Below are positions 47,148-56,101 of a DNA stretch of 64,000 nucleotides, piece by piece. The stretch spans positions 69,843 to 133,842 of the forward strand of contig JBHLRS010000005.1 of the NCBI GenBank assembly GCA_048882325.1, given 5' to 3'. Under the pieces are notes generated by a model, which worked only from the letters and a program-made list of their open reading frames with translations, was not told the DNA's origin and searched no databases. The translations under genes were made by a program, and so were the position numbers. The stretch is from Candidatus Thorarchaeota archaeon (GTDB taxonomy: Archaea > Asgardarchaeota > Thorarchaeia > Thorarchaeales > Thorarchaeaceae). The number at the start of each line of letters is the position of its first letter. Within the stretch, counting starts at the first letter, position 1.

Positions 47148-47995
47148 TGCTCAATTACTTCAATCTCTGAATCACTTATAGCTCCAATTCCAATCTCTAC
47201 TGCACGTTGAATCTGAGGGATATCCCAGACATCCATATCGAGCTTATTCTGAGCATTGCAACACTGGATAATCTTAACACCTTCGACATCAACAGACACC
47301 ATATCACCCCCTGCTAAGATAATACCGGGCGATGAACAGGTTCCAGAGGAAGGACCACCTGTCACAAAACAGGTTCGTGCATCCATCACAATGAGATCAG
47401 GTTTAAAGTAGGATGCTAGGTCAGCAATCTTTGGTTGCAATTTACGAGCATGCATTCGGATTCTTTGACTGTGCTTGATCCAACCGACGAAAATTTTCAT
47501 ACTTCCGGTAAACCCAGCGAGAAAGTGAGTCTTCAGACACGGAGCAAGAACGAGCTTTTGAATGTCAAGAAGTGGCTTCCCGATTGAACCACTCTTGAGA
47601 TATTTCCCTCTTGGAAATTTCACCTTTACCCAATCATGCTCATCAAGAAAGATGAGGTCAGCATCTAGTTCATCAGCAACAACATCTAGACCAACTTTCT
47701 TTGCCACTCCTCTTGTTGACACTCTCATGGTGGAACTCTCGATAATCTCAATCTTCGAGGCGCCTGCTTCAAGTACGAGCTCACCCAGGGCTTTGATGAA
47801 AGCAGGATCACTCGAGGCGGGATACGGATCCGCTGTATTGAGATTTGGCTTGATGGTTACTTTGTCACCAGACATTATGACTTTGTCAAAACCACCAATG
47901 AGTTCAACAGCTTGCTTTACAGAGGTCTTCAAGTCAGATTCAACTGAAACCTTACTGACTAAGAAACGACCATTATTCATGAATGGAGTTGACAT
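47144..47995 (-). CDS. DUF362-family protein
   Basis: IKPNL, LKTH..FTGSMK, PDLIVMDA, DMVSVD. Confidence 0.8.
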   Translation of the reverse strand: MSTPFMNNGRFLVSKVSVESDLKTSVKQAVELIGGFDKVIMSGDKVTIKPNLNTADPYPASSDPAFIKALGELVLEAGASKIEIIESSTMRVSTRGVAKKVGLDVVADELDADLIFLDEHDWVKVKFPRGKYLKSGSIGKPLLDIQKLVLAPCLKTHFLAGFTGSMKIFVGWIKHSQRIRMHARKLQPKIADLASYFKPDLIVMDARTCFVTGGPSSGTCSSPGIILAGGDMVSVDVEGVKIIQCCNAQNKLDMDVWDIPQIQRAVEIGIGAISDSEIEVIEH

Positions 47996-48171
47996 GGTGG
48001 GTTATGGTAAGTCTCATGTTTGAAATAGATTACTATCTGTCGCTGACGTAAGGAGGGGAAAGCTGGATTTCTATACTATATCAAAGTGAGTCTCCCAGCT
48101 GCTACATACATTTTATAAAAGATGGGCAAAAAAGATGATAGGTTGCGTGATATTCAGAGGGATAGTGAAAA

Positions 48172-48864
48172 ATGGGAGATGACAATGATAATCCATGGGG
48201 TCTCTTGATACCTATTGGGGTACTTCTGATTGTTCTTTTTGGGACTGGAGAACCATGGTTGCTGTTCCCCATATTTATACTCGGAATAATCTTCGCTAGT
48301 GGAGTTGTCCAGAGCAACCGTATTCAAGCTAGAAGACAAGATTATAGTCACTGGAAAGCTCCTGAACCACGAAGTATGACCTCCGGATACACTCCTGAAA
48401 CTTCGAAACCAATCTACGACCAGAAAAAACAGCGAGACCAAGGAATCACATGCGGTACACTAATACCAATCATTTTTGTTGGATGGTTATTCTTGGAAAC
48501 TCTCTCATGGTTTTTTCTGATACCGCTTGGTTTCCTTATTGCATCACTAATTGAAACAGCCACCAAACAAGACAGAGGAAAATCCAAAGTAAGAGACCAA
48601 TTACAGAGAAAGAACATAAGATCAGTCCAAGACATAGCGGATACAACCGGTATGACCGAGGAGAGAGTCCGACGACACATAGTGACCGAAAAACGGAGTG
48701 GAGAATCGGATGTATGGTTTGATCCCTCCTCAGGTGAGATGACTCACACCCAAGTACAAGTCGAGGAACCTGTGAAGACGAAAGTTGGGTGTCTCTATTG
48801 CGGCTTTGCTCTCAGACCAGAAGACAGGTTTTGTCCATATTGTGGAGCGCCCATAAAAACATGA
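48172..48864 (+). CDS. Membrane protein with duplicated TM hairpin, HTH and C-terminal zinc ribbon
   Basis: Two LIPI...W..(F/I)P TM hairpins; SVQDIADTTGMTEERVRRHI HTH; CLYCG...FCPYCG. Confidence 0.7.
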   Translation: MGDDNDNPWGLLIPIGVLLIVLFGTGEPWLLFPIFILGIIFASGVVQSNRIQARRQDYSHWKAPEPRSMTSGYTPETSKPIYDQKKQRDQGITCGTLIPIIFVGWLFLETLSWFFLIPLGFLIASLIETATKQDRGKSKVRDQLQRKNIRSVQDIADTTGMTEERVRRHIVTEKRSGESDVWFDPSSGEMTHTQVQVEEPVKTKVGCLYCGFALRPEDRFCPYCGAPIKT

Positions 48865-49084
48865 ATGGGTTTGAACCAGTTCTTTGACCGTCTTGGAATC
48901 AAGAAACCAACCCGCTCTTTGCACTCAATGTAAGGTGTGCCATATCTCATCTCGAGGTCGCGCTCTTCCGCAATACACATGATGTAGAAGATTGGAATCC
49001 ATAGAAAAGAATAGAGCACCAAGAAAGGTGAGTTGAGGAAGAAGGCAATAGGAAACCACACAAAAGCCTCACCAATTGCCTGGG

Positions 49085-49105
49085 GATGTCTAATCGTTTC
49101 ATAGA
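49085..49105. repeat. 21-bp direct repeat, copy 1
   Basis: GATGTCTAATCGTTTCATAGA, identical to 50585-50605. Confidence 0.95.
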
Positions 49106-49251
49106 GGCCTCTATATAGTATTGGGTAGGCTTAACTATTGAAAATAACAGAATGTCTAAGAGAGAGAAAGCCCCTACCTCTGAGGCATGGCATGTTTCTT
49201 TTTCTTAAATACCACAATTAGGTTCATTGAACCAATATGGACTATGTTAGA

Positions 49252-50370
49252 TTACATCCTCTTTGCCCTGAAATCTGTTCCCCAAGCGTCTGCTGATATA
49301 ATGGCATCACGTACCATCTCAGGAGTAATTACTAGAGGCATGTTTCCCATAGTATCATCTGGGGAACAGGCTTTTTCACTTGCCTTTACCAGGTCATTCT
49401 CCTTCAAATTGGTAACACCCATGTCTTTGAGTGTTACAGGTAGACTTAGAGAGTCAACCCATTCGATTATTCTCTCAATTTCCATGGACTGCCGTCCTTC
49501 AAGGATTAGTTGAGTAATTACGCAGAATGCAACAAGTTGTCCATGTTCTGCCTTTAATCCTGGCAGTACGGTCATTCCATTATGAGTTGCATGAGCGGCT
49601 GCTAAACCTGAGCTTTCAAAACCAATTGCACTTAGTAATTTAACTGAGCTAATAATTTTCTCAACAGCTGGTGTTATTATCCCCAAATCTGAATCTCTTG
49701 CTGCTTGTAAACCATATGTCATTAGATTATGGTAACACAAACGCGTTAGATGTACAGCAGCTTCGGTAGTTCTTCCACCAGGTATGTTTTTTGCTGTAGC
49801 TGAAGCAGCACAGGCTTCACCCTCGAACATACACGCTAAGGCATCCCCCATCCCCCATCTTATAAATTTACTAGGAGCTGCTCCAATAATCGATGTATCT
49901 ACTAGCACTAAATCAGGATTTCTCGGATGGAATAAATACTCAACAAATTCATGATTTTCTGTGTATACAACCGAAAGTCCACTTGCATCAGCATTTGATG
50001 CTACTTGTGTGGGAACAGTAACTGCAGCTACCTTCATTTGAGCTGCTACTGCTTTTGCAGAATCTGCAACCTTTCCACCACCGACTCCAATGACAAGATC
50101 TGATTTCTTTTCTTTACCGATTTCTACCAACTTATCAACAGTTTCATGAGTACATTCCTTCACTCCACTTTCTATATGAGCTACTTTCATGCTATTATTC
50201 TCTAAGCTGGTCAAAATGTCTTCTCGAGTTAATTTCAGAGAAGTGGTACCTCCTATAAGCATTACATTCTTGCCAATTAACCTTGCGTGATGACCTATTT
50301 CGTTGATAGCGCCTCGACCTTGGACATATCTGCCTGGTGCTACCAATACTTCTGGTTTTAATTCTGTCAA
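49252..50370 (-). CDS. gldA: Glycerol dehydrogenase (family III metal-dependent ADH)
   Basis: PGRYVQG, GVGGGKVADSAK, PT..ASNADASGLSVVY, GMGDAL..FE, GFESSGLAAAHATHNG, HGQLVAF. Confidence 0.88.
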   Translation of the reverse strand: MTELKPEVLVAPGRYVQGRGAINEIGHHARLIGKNVMLIGGTTSLKLTREDILTSLENNSMKVAHIESGVKECTHETVDKLVEIGKEKKSDLVIGVGGGKVADSAKAVAAQMKVAAVTVPTQVASNADASGLSVVYTENHEFVEYLFHPRNPDLVLVDTSIIGAAPSKFIRWGMGDALACMFEGEACAASATAKNIPGGRTTEAAVHLTRLCYHNLMTYGLQAARDSDLGIITPAVEKIISSVKLLSAIGFESSGLAAAHATHNGMTVLPGLKAEHGQLVAFCVITQLILEGRQSMEIERIIEWVDSLSLPVTLKDMGVTNLKENDLVKASEKACSPDDTMGNMPLVITPEMVRDAIISADAWGTDFRAKRM

Positions 50371-50584
50371 TCTATCACACTCATGTCACGAGAGTTCTGT
50401 ATTTTTTAAATTGCACACTTATGAATTTGCCGAGAAATTCCACAGAAGGATATGAGCTGCTAACGTACATCTCAGAATAGTGTTAGATGCCAGTTATTCA
50501 TGTCTCAAGTACTGATATATAGGCTAACAAATTTGGATGAATGGGTGTCAGATTTTCCCAACTAACCTGATGAAAGGAGATGAT

Positions 50585-50605
50585 GATGTCTAATCGTTTC
50601 ATAGA
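50585..50605. repeat. 21-bp direct repeat, copy 2
   Basis: GATGTCTAATCGTTTCATAGA, identical to 49085-49105. Confidence 0.95.
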
Positions 50606-51084
50606 CTCCTCCATAGAGAGTATGTTCTTTCTTTGGCTCCAGGGTCTCCCTGCCTGCATCCCTCATTCCAATCACCATGAGATATACACTGAGAATCAAA
50701 ATGAGGATGGCAATGAGAATAGAAACATGCCAAGTCCACGGTAAAATCAAGGGAATGCTAAGAGGAAGTGGGTAGAAGAAGTAGATTACATAGTTAAAAA
50801 CTGTGACACCTTCGAAAGCTCCAGCAATAATTCGATACTTCATACACCTAAGATACGCTGCTTCTCCCATCCTCTTCTCAAGCTGTGCTGGATTGATACA
50901 TTCATGTAGAAGTACAGAAACAGAACTGTTGCAAGAACAAGTACAATGTGATTTTTCCATTCTATCATTCTAACCATCACGACAAAATCAATCGCATTTT
51001 CTGGAAAAGACCATCCCCATAAATTCTTTGAAGAGATAAAGCACATTCAGGCAGGTTGATATTCGTTGAAGAATTGTTAATGAC

Positions 51085-52014
51085 ATGCTTTTAGATTTTG
51101 AAAAGAAATTGGTTGAAGTTGTGGAAGAGGTCGTTTCCAGTGTGGTAAGCGTGTCAACGACAAGACTGGCACGAACCCAGCTATCTCGTGTTGTACCAGT
51201 GCAAGGACAAGGATCAGGAGTGATACTTACTGATACCGGGTTCATTGTGACTAACGCTCACGTTATTGAAGGAGCTCGCGATGTGGACGTAACTCTTAAT
51301 GATGGGAGGTCCTTCAAGGCAGTTGTTGTTGGAGCATCAAAGGTCAGAGACCTCGCGATTCTGAAGATTGATGCTGAAAACCTTAACCCACTCGAGTTGG
51401 GAGATTCTGGAAAACTGAGAGTAGGTCAACTTGCAATTGCTGTTGGTAATCCTCTAGGATTGGGCTCAACCGTGACATTCGGGATGGTAAGTGCAGTTGA
51501 CAGAACGATTCAGAGTCAGCAAACTTTCTTGGAAGGACTAATTCAAACATCAGCTCAGATCAATCCGGGAAATAGCGGTGGCGCATTAGTCGATTCTCAT
51601 GGAAAACTGATCGGAGTACCTACAGCAATGATACCGTGGAGTCAAGGAATCGGATTTGCAATAGCAGTTGATTCACTCAAAGGAGTCTTTGACGAATTAG
51701 TCGAAACAGGTACAGTTCGAACACCCTGGATGGGAATTGTAGGTGTGACCTTGAACAAGGGAATTGCATCTCACTACAATCTTCGTGTTGAGAAAGGAGC
51801 ACTTCTTGTTGAGGTGCCTAAGGGACCTTCGAGAAGAGAAGGATTACAACCTGGAGATGTGATTGTTGCCATCGACGATGAAGACATCTCGGGAATGGAG
51901 GATTTACGTAGTCGAATCATGAAGAGTAAGGTAGGATCCAAGCTACGCGTCAGATTCCAGAGGGCATCAGAGGTGTTTGAGGTCTATGTAGAGCTCATGG
52001 CAGCCCCAGAATAG
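51085..52014 (+). CDS. htrA: HtrA/DegP-family serine protease with one PDZ domain
   Basis: GSGVI, TNAHV (His), DLAILK (Asp), INPGNSGGAL (Ser), C-terminal PDZ; no signal or TM. Confidence 0.92.
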   Translation: MLLDFEKKLVEVVEEVVSSVVSVSTTRLARTQLSRVVPVQGQGSGVILTDTGFIVTNAHVIEGARDVDVTLNDGRSFKAVVVGASKVRDLAILKIDAENLNPLELGDSGKLRVGQLAIAVGNPLGLGSTVTFGMVSAVDRTIQSQQTFLEGLIQTSAQINPGNSGGALVDSHGKLIGVPTAMIPWSQGIGFAIAVDSLKGVFDELVETGTVRTPWMGIVGVTLNKGIASHYNLRVEKGALLVEVPKGPSRREGLQPGDVIVAIDDEDISGMEDLRSRIMKSKVGSKLRVRFQRASEVFEVYVELMAAPE

Positions 52015-52951
52015 GAAGAAGCCACAAGAAGAATGCATCCCCGAGGATCACCATGAACACTCCGAGCAGGGTAAGTGCTATTCCGATGACAGCTACTACA
52101 GTGAGTTTTTCCTTTAGATAGAAAACCGATATAGGTACCGCAAAAAGAGGAGCTGTCGAAGCTATGACTGACATGACAGCTGCACCCAGAAGAGAAACTG
52201 CAGTCACATAGAGAAGAGACCCGATTGCCATTCCGAAGAACCCAGCGATTATGACAAACCTTGTTGCACGTCGTGTAGGCCATGCCATCCCTTGTAGCCT
52301 CGCAACTGCAATCATGGGTACAAAGGCTACAGACCCGAAGCTGACACGAATGAGGTTACCTGCTATCGGATTTACGCCTTCGATTGCCACTTGCAGAATT
52401 GTTGTCCCGGACGCGTAAAGAATCATTGTGAGGATTGCACCTGCAATTCCTAGAAAGTCGATTGCAGTTCGAGGATTCTCTCCTGATTCGATTCCATTCT
52501 GTGGTCGGTTTTGCTCTTTGGAAATTAAAATGACTCCGACGACTGCTAGAATTGCGCCAGCCAGCTTTGAGAGGAAAAATTGTTCACCAAGAAATGTAAC
52601 AGTAAGAAAGAAAGTCAATATGGGGAAGGACATAGCGATTGGAAAAGCATAGGAAACCCCAATCCGTTCTTGACTCCATAAATATACTGTATCGCCAGCA
52701 ACAGCACCGAACATTACAGAACTTCCAAGTAAGAGAATCGTTGTCAAAGGTAGGACCGCAGCTGCAATACCCGGGAAAATGATTGTCATAAGAAGCATGA
52801 ATGGCCAAGCAACCCACATCTTGATTGAACTCACGGCTAGTGGACTAATCTCATCAGCTTGAGAGCGATACACTACAACAGAAAGTGCATAGAGGGCAGC
52901 GCCTGCAAAACCTGTTGCTACTCCAAGAAGTAAGTCGGAGGTTGCTTGCAT
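51995..52951 (-). CDS. DMT/EamA-family transporter
   Basis: Ten-TM duplicated layout with IGVSYA..I...P and LGAAVMS.I.STAP..LKEK motifs. Confidence 0.88.
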   Translation of the reverse strand: MQATSDLLLGVATGFAGAALYALSVVVYRSQADEISPLAVSSIKMWVAWPFMLLMTIIFPGIAAAVLPLTTILLLGSSVMFGAVAGDTVYLWSQERIGVSYAFPIAMSFPILTFFLTVTFLGEQFFLSKLAGAILAVVGVILISKEQNRPQNGIESGENPRTAIDFLGIAGAILTMILYASGTTILQVAIEGVNPIAGNLIRVSFGSVAFVPMIAVARLQGMAWPTRRATRFVIIAGFFGMAIGSLLYVTAVSLLGAAVMSVIASTAPLFAVPISVFYLKEKLTVVAVIGIALTLLGVFMVILGDAFFLWLLPILGLP

Positions 52952-53058
52952 GTCGACCGGAAACGAATAGAGGTGCCTAATAGACTATCGGAATGTACAC
53001 TATCATAGATGCTAAAGAAAGATGGAAAGAGATGATGGCCTCTAATCTTTTGATTTGA

Positions 53059-55953
53059 TTAGGACCGTTTCCTCAATATACACACGAGTACAATGAATAC
53101 TAAAACAGCTCCAGCCACTATGAGGTATATTGTAAGAGAATCTCCATCATTGGGTTCGGGAGTCGTGGTTGGGGTAGTTGTTTCTGTTGATTCAGCATTC
53201 ACCGTCACTATTACTGTGTCAGCGAAGTTGTTCCCAGCCTCGTCGTAGACCACACAGGTATAGTTGTAAATTCCTATAGCAAGATTATCGAGATTAACGA
53301 CTATATGTTCTGATGATGAATTCCAGATCCCGCTGAGAGTGACTACACCACCCTCAAACACTTCGTAAGATGCAGGACGGATGTCGGTAGGATTCCAATC
53401 AATAATGTATCCCGACACACCGACGGTGAATTCAATATCAGCTAGCGAGTTCAGAACTGGATCTACTGTATCTACAACTGTAATATAGTGAGTTTTAGAT
53501 ACGGTGTTGCCTTCAAAGTCGCTCACTGTCACTATGATGAAGTGCGAACCAAGTGATGCATCGCTCAAATCCCAATTTTGAACATAGGGGACATTGTAGT
53601 CTCTGATGGCCCCAACTCCGTCAGGATTGAATTCTACCCAATCAACTCCAGACCCTGAATCGTCTACGGTTGCAGTGATCGTAAGCAGTCCTTCTTGATC
53701 GGTGTTGTTCGTGGGATTATCAATTGTCAATGTCGGAGCGATATCATCGTCAACAGTGTATGAATAGAAGAGTCCGCTATTGTTGTCAATAGTTTGCAGT
53801 CCGCAGCCATCAGTTACGATAACATAGTACTCAACCGTGGTATTGTAGAGTTGAGCAGGGATAGTTGCATCATAGGTTCCTGTTGTTGAAAGGGAGTTCC
53901 ATATTGTTCTACCATTTGTCGTATAATTTATGGTTACATAGTCAATACCGGGACGGGTATCGAAAGCGTTTACATGTAGATCGACTGTATCATAATACAT
54001 CGGAGATACCGGTAATTGTTCCACAATTCCTATCACAGGCGGAGCCCCATCAGTAATTATAACATCATCAATGATGAGTGTCACCAGAGAGTCGACTCCA
54101 CCAGAACGCGCACGTATCACTACGTTATCGATTATTAGATCTCCTGATAATCCCAACCCGGACTCAGCATCAGCTGTGATATTTCGATGAAGATTGTTCC
54201 ATATTCCAGTAATGTTGTAGTCATTAACATCGAAGAACCGATTCCATGTTGAATTGATTTCTGATTGTGCCTCAGCTCTCCCAAGCATGTAGTTCAGACT
54301 ATAGCCACCGTCCAATTCCAGTCTTATAGCAGCGTATGCTTGAGAATGATTACTTATTGCATCAAGTCGCCACCACGCGTTCAGGAAATCATTTGGAGAA
54401 ACAGGAAAAGAGATGGTTCGGAAAACTCCAGCCTGATTATCGAAGTTGCGATAGGGTGTGATATTACAAGCATAACCACCTGAAAATGCATTTGTAATTC
54501 TTGTCTGAGTAGCTGAATACGCACTATATCGGCTCCAACCAGCAAAGGGTGTAGTCAGGTCTTCATACCAGTCCTGCTCAAAACCTGGATCACCAGTCGG
54601 AGATGCGATAATCTTGAAATCATCGATTAGCAGAGTAGATTGAGACCCAACTCCGGGAACTTCCAAATCAAACTCAAAACGGTCAACTGTGCCATCCAGA
54701 CTTCCAAATTCGGAGATATAGTCATAGAGGTCCAGTTCTGCGTGATGCCAGGTACCTCGAACATTGAACCCATTCAAACCAATGAAGATGTCTGTTGTAT
54801 CATTGGTAACCCCAATTAAAGTATCAGCACCGAAACCCAAGTAGAAATGGTAATAGTAGCTGTTAGTTTCATTTTCAAATCTTACTACAAACGAAGCGCT
54901 TTGTTCAGCACTTCCCAAAATACGATCATACTTCCAATCAAACTCAACCAAAATATCACCGGGCTTGCTTACATAATAGCCAGTTGGATAGGAATACGAA
55001 CGGGTGACAAATCCTGAAGCAGTAGCTAAAGGAGTAACAACAACTCCAGATGTCATATTCAAAGAATAAACACCATCGGTGCTTTCAGTTGACTGTGCCA
55101 CATAGATTGGTGTACTATCGTAATGCATCCAGTTCTGACCGTCGCCACTCTCAAAATCACCATTAACAACCCAGCTGGAGTATGTCCCATTGCTGAGAAC
55201 TACATCATCAACGATGAGCTCAAGTCTGTTTCTGCAATCCGCTGTTGTTGATGCATACCAGTCCAGATATGTAATCCGTCTTGTTGAGTCTGCTGGACCG
55301 ATACTAGGATTTGCATCATAATCAGATGTGATATTCCTTGAGAAGTGATTCCAGTTCCCAATGGAGAAATTCCACATATAGCTAGTTCGACTGGTCGAGT
55401 TACCAGTTGAAAAGGCGTTGTTACTAAGAAAATACCATATTTCGTGATTATATCCAGTACTATTTGTTGTTCTAATTCGGAAATAGGCATATGATCCAAT
55501 ATCAATATCAGGATTATTCAGTGTGTTCCAATAATAATCTAGAGTCAAGCCCTCTGTTAGGAGTATATCTGGATTGTAACCTACATATTTGATGAGAGAA
55601 GCTACATTGGAGCTACTTCCTACGATACCTTGACTCGCAACATATCCTGCATAGCTCCCACTATGGACGATTGACGTATAATTTGGATTTGTATATTTGT
55701 AACCAGTCACAGAACCACCATAACTGTTAGGCCAGTCATCAGCACCTAGTGTTTCAAAACTCGGATTCTCATTAACATTCAGCTTCAGTTCTTTTAGAGG
55801 TTCATCAGCCGCTATTCTCACGATTTCTTCCGGTATTGTATCTACTTTTAGCACTGAATGAGAACTGGTTGAGGTCATCATCGATGGTACAACTATAAGA
55901 GATCCAATCATCAAAAAAGCAATCAGGATAACAAATCCGTGTTTTGTCTTCAA
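53059..55953 (-). CDS. Large surface protein: three CBM-like jelly-roll repeats, Ig-like stalk, C-terminal TM (paralogue A)
   Basis: NPSFE/NGDFE/DPGFE repeat starts ending in DDV/DDF, DxxPP-started Ig-like domains, Thr-rich linker, TM plus RKRS; TTG 55953 after GGAGGA. Confidence 0.75.
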   Translation of the reverse strand: MKTKHGFVILIAFLMIGSLIVVPSMMTSTSSHSVLKVDTIPEEIVRIAADEPLKELKLNVNENPSFETLGADDWPNSYGGSVTGYKYTNPNYTSIVHSGSYAGYVASQGIVGSSSNVASLIKYVGYNPDILLTEGLTLDYYWNTLNNPDIDIGSYAYFRIRTTNSTGYNHEIWYFLSNNAFSTGNSTSRTSYMWNFSIGNWNHFSRNITSDYDANPSIGPADSTRRITYLDWYASTTADCRNRLELIVDDVVLSNGTYSSWVVNGDFESGDGQNWMHYDSTPIYVAQSTESTDGVYSLNMTSGVVVTPLATASGFVTRSYSYPTGYYVSKPGDILVEFDWKYDRILGSAEQSASFVVRFENETNSYYYHFYLGFGADTLIGVTNDTTDIFIGLNGFNVRGTWHHAELDLYDYISEFGSLDGTVDRFEFDLEVPGVGSQSTLLIDDFKIIASPTGDPGFEQDWYEDLTTPFAGWSRYSAYSATQTRITNAFSGGYACNITPYRNFDNQAGVFRTISFPVSPNDFLNAWWRLDAISNHSQAYAAIRLELDGGYSLNYMLGRAEAQSEINSTWNRFFDVNDYNITGIWNNLHRNITADAESGLGLSGDLIIDNVVIRARSGGVDSLVTLIIDDVIITDGAPPVIGIVEQLPVSPMYYDTVDLHVNAFDTRPGIDYVTINYTTNGRTIWNSLSTTGTYDATIPAQLYNTTVEYYVIVTDGCGLQTIDNNSGLFYSYTVDDDIAPTLTIDNPTNNTDQEGLLTITATVDDSGSGVDWVEFNPDGVGAIRDYNVPYVQNWDLSDASLGSHFIIVTVSDFEGNTVSKTHYITVVDTVDPVLNSLADIEFTVGVSGYIIDWNPTDIRPASYEVFEGGVVTLSGIWNSSSEHIVVNLDNLAIGIYNYTCVVYDEAGNNFADTVIVTVNAESTETTTPTTTPEPNDGDSLTIYLIVAGAVLVFIVLVCILRKRS

Positions 55954-56070
55954 GGTTAATCCTCCTATACCTGAGGAGTGCGTTAATATTGAAACCACAT
56001 TAAATTCTGATACATATTAGCTAATGCCATATCTATTATATTTAGAAAATAGATTAAAGGAAAATTAGAA

Positions 56071-56094
56071 GGAGAGGAAAGATATTTCCTCTCC
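56071..56094 (-). terminator. Perfect 10-bp hairpin followed by T-rich tract on minus strand
   Basis: GGAGAGGAAA-gata-TTTCCTCTCC 7 bp beyond the stop at 56102. Confidence 0.65.
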
Positions 56095-56101
56095 AGCTAT
56101 T

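Larger units (their letters stand above)
49085..50605 (-). mobile_element. 1.5-kb repeat-bounded insertion carrying gldA, no mobility gene
   Basis: Bounded by identical 21-mers exactly 1,500 bp apart; removing one unit rejoins the methyltransferase halves in frame. Confidence 0.6.
48795..50968 (-). pseudogene. ICMT/PEMT-like membrane methyltransferase gene, frameshifted and split by insertion
   Basis: 5' part MIEWKNHIVLVLATVLFLYFY (ATG 50968), frameshift near 50900, continuing to GGVYETIRH (50585); 3' part YETIRHPQAIGE...AEERDLEMRYG..Y (from 49105), the ICMT family GxYxxIRHP and EExxL..xYG motifs. Confidence 0.8.

Noticed and set aside
49085-50605. Insertion as IS element or intron
   Set aside because: No transposase, terminal inverted repeats, homing endonuclease or recognisable splice structure; the host gene is independently frameshifted.
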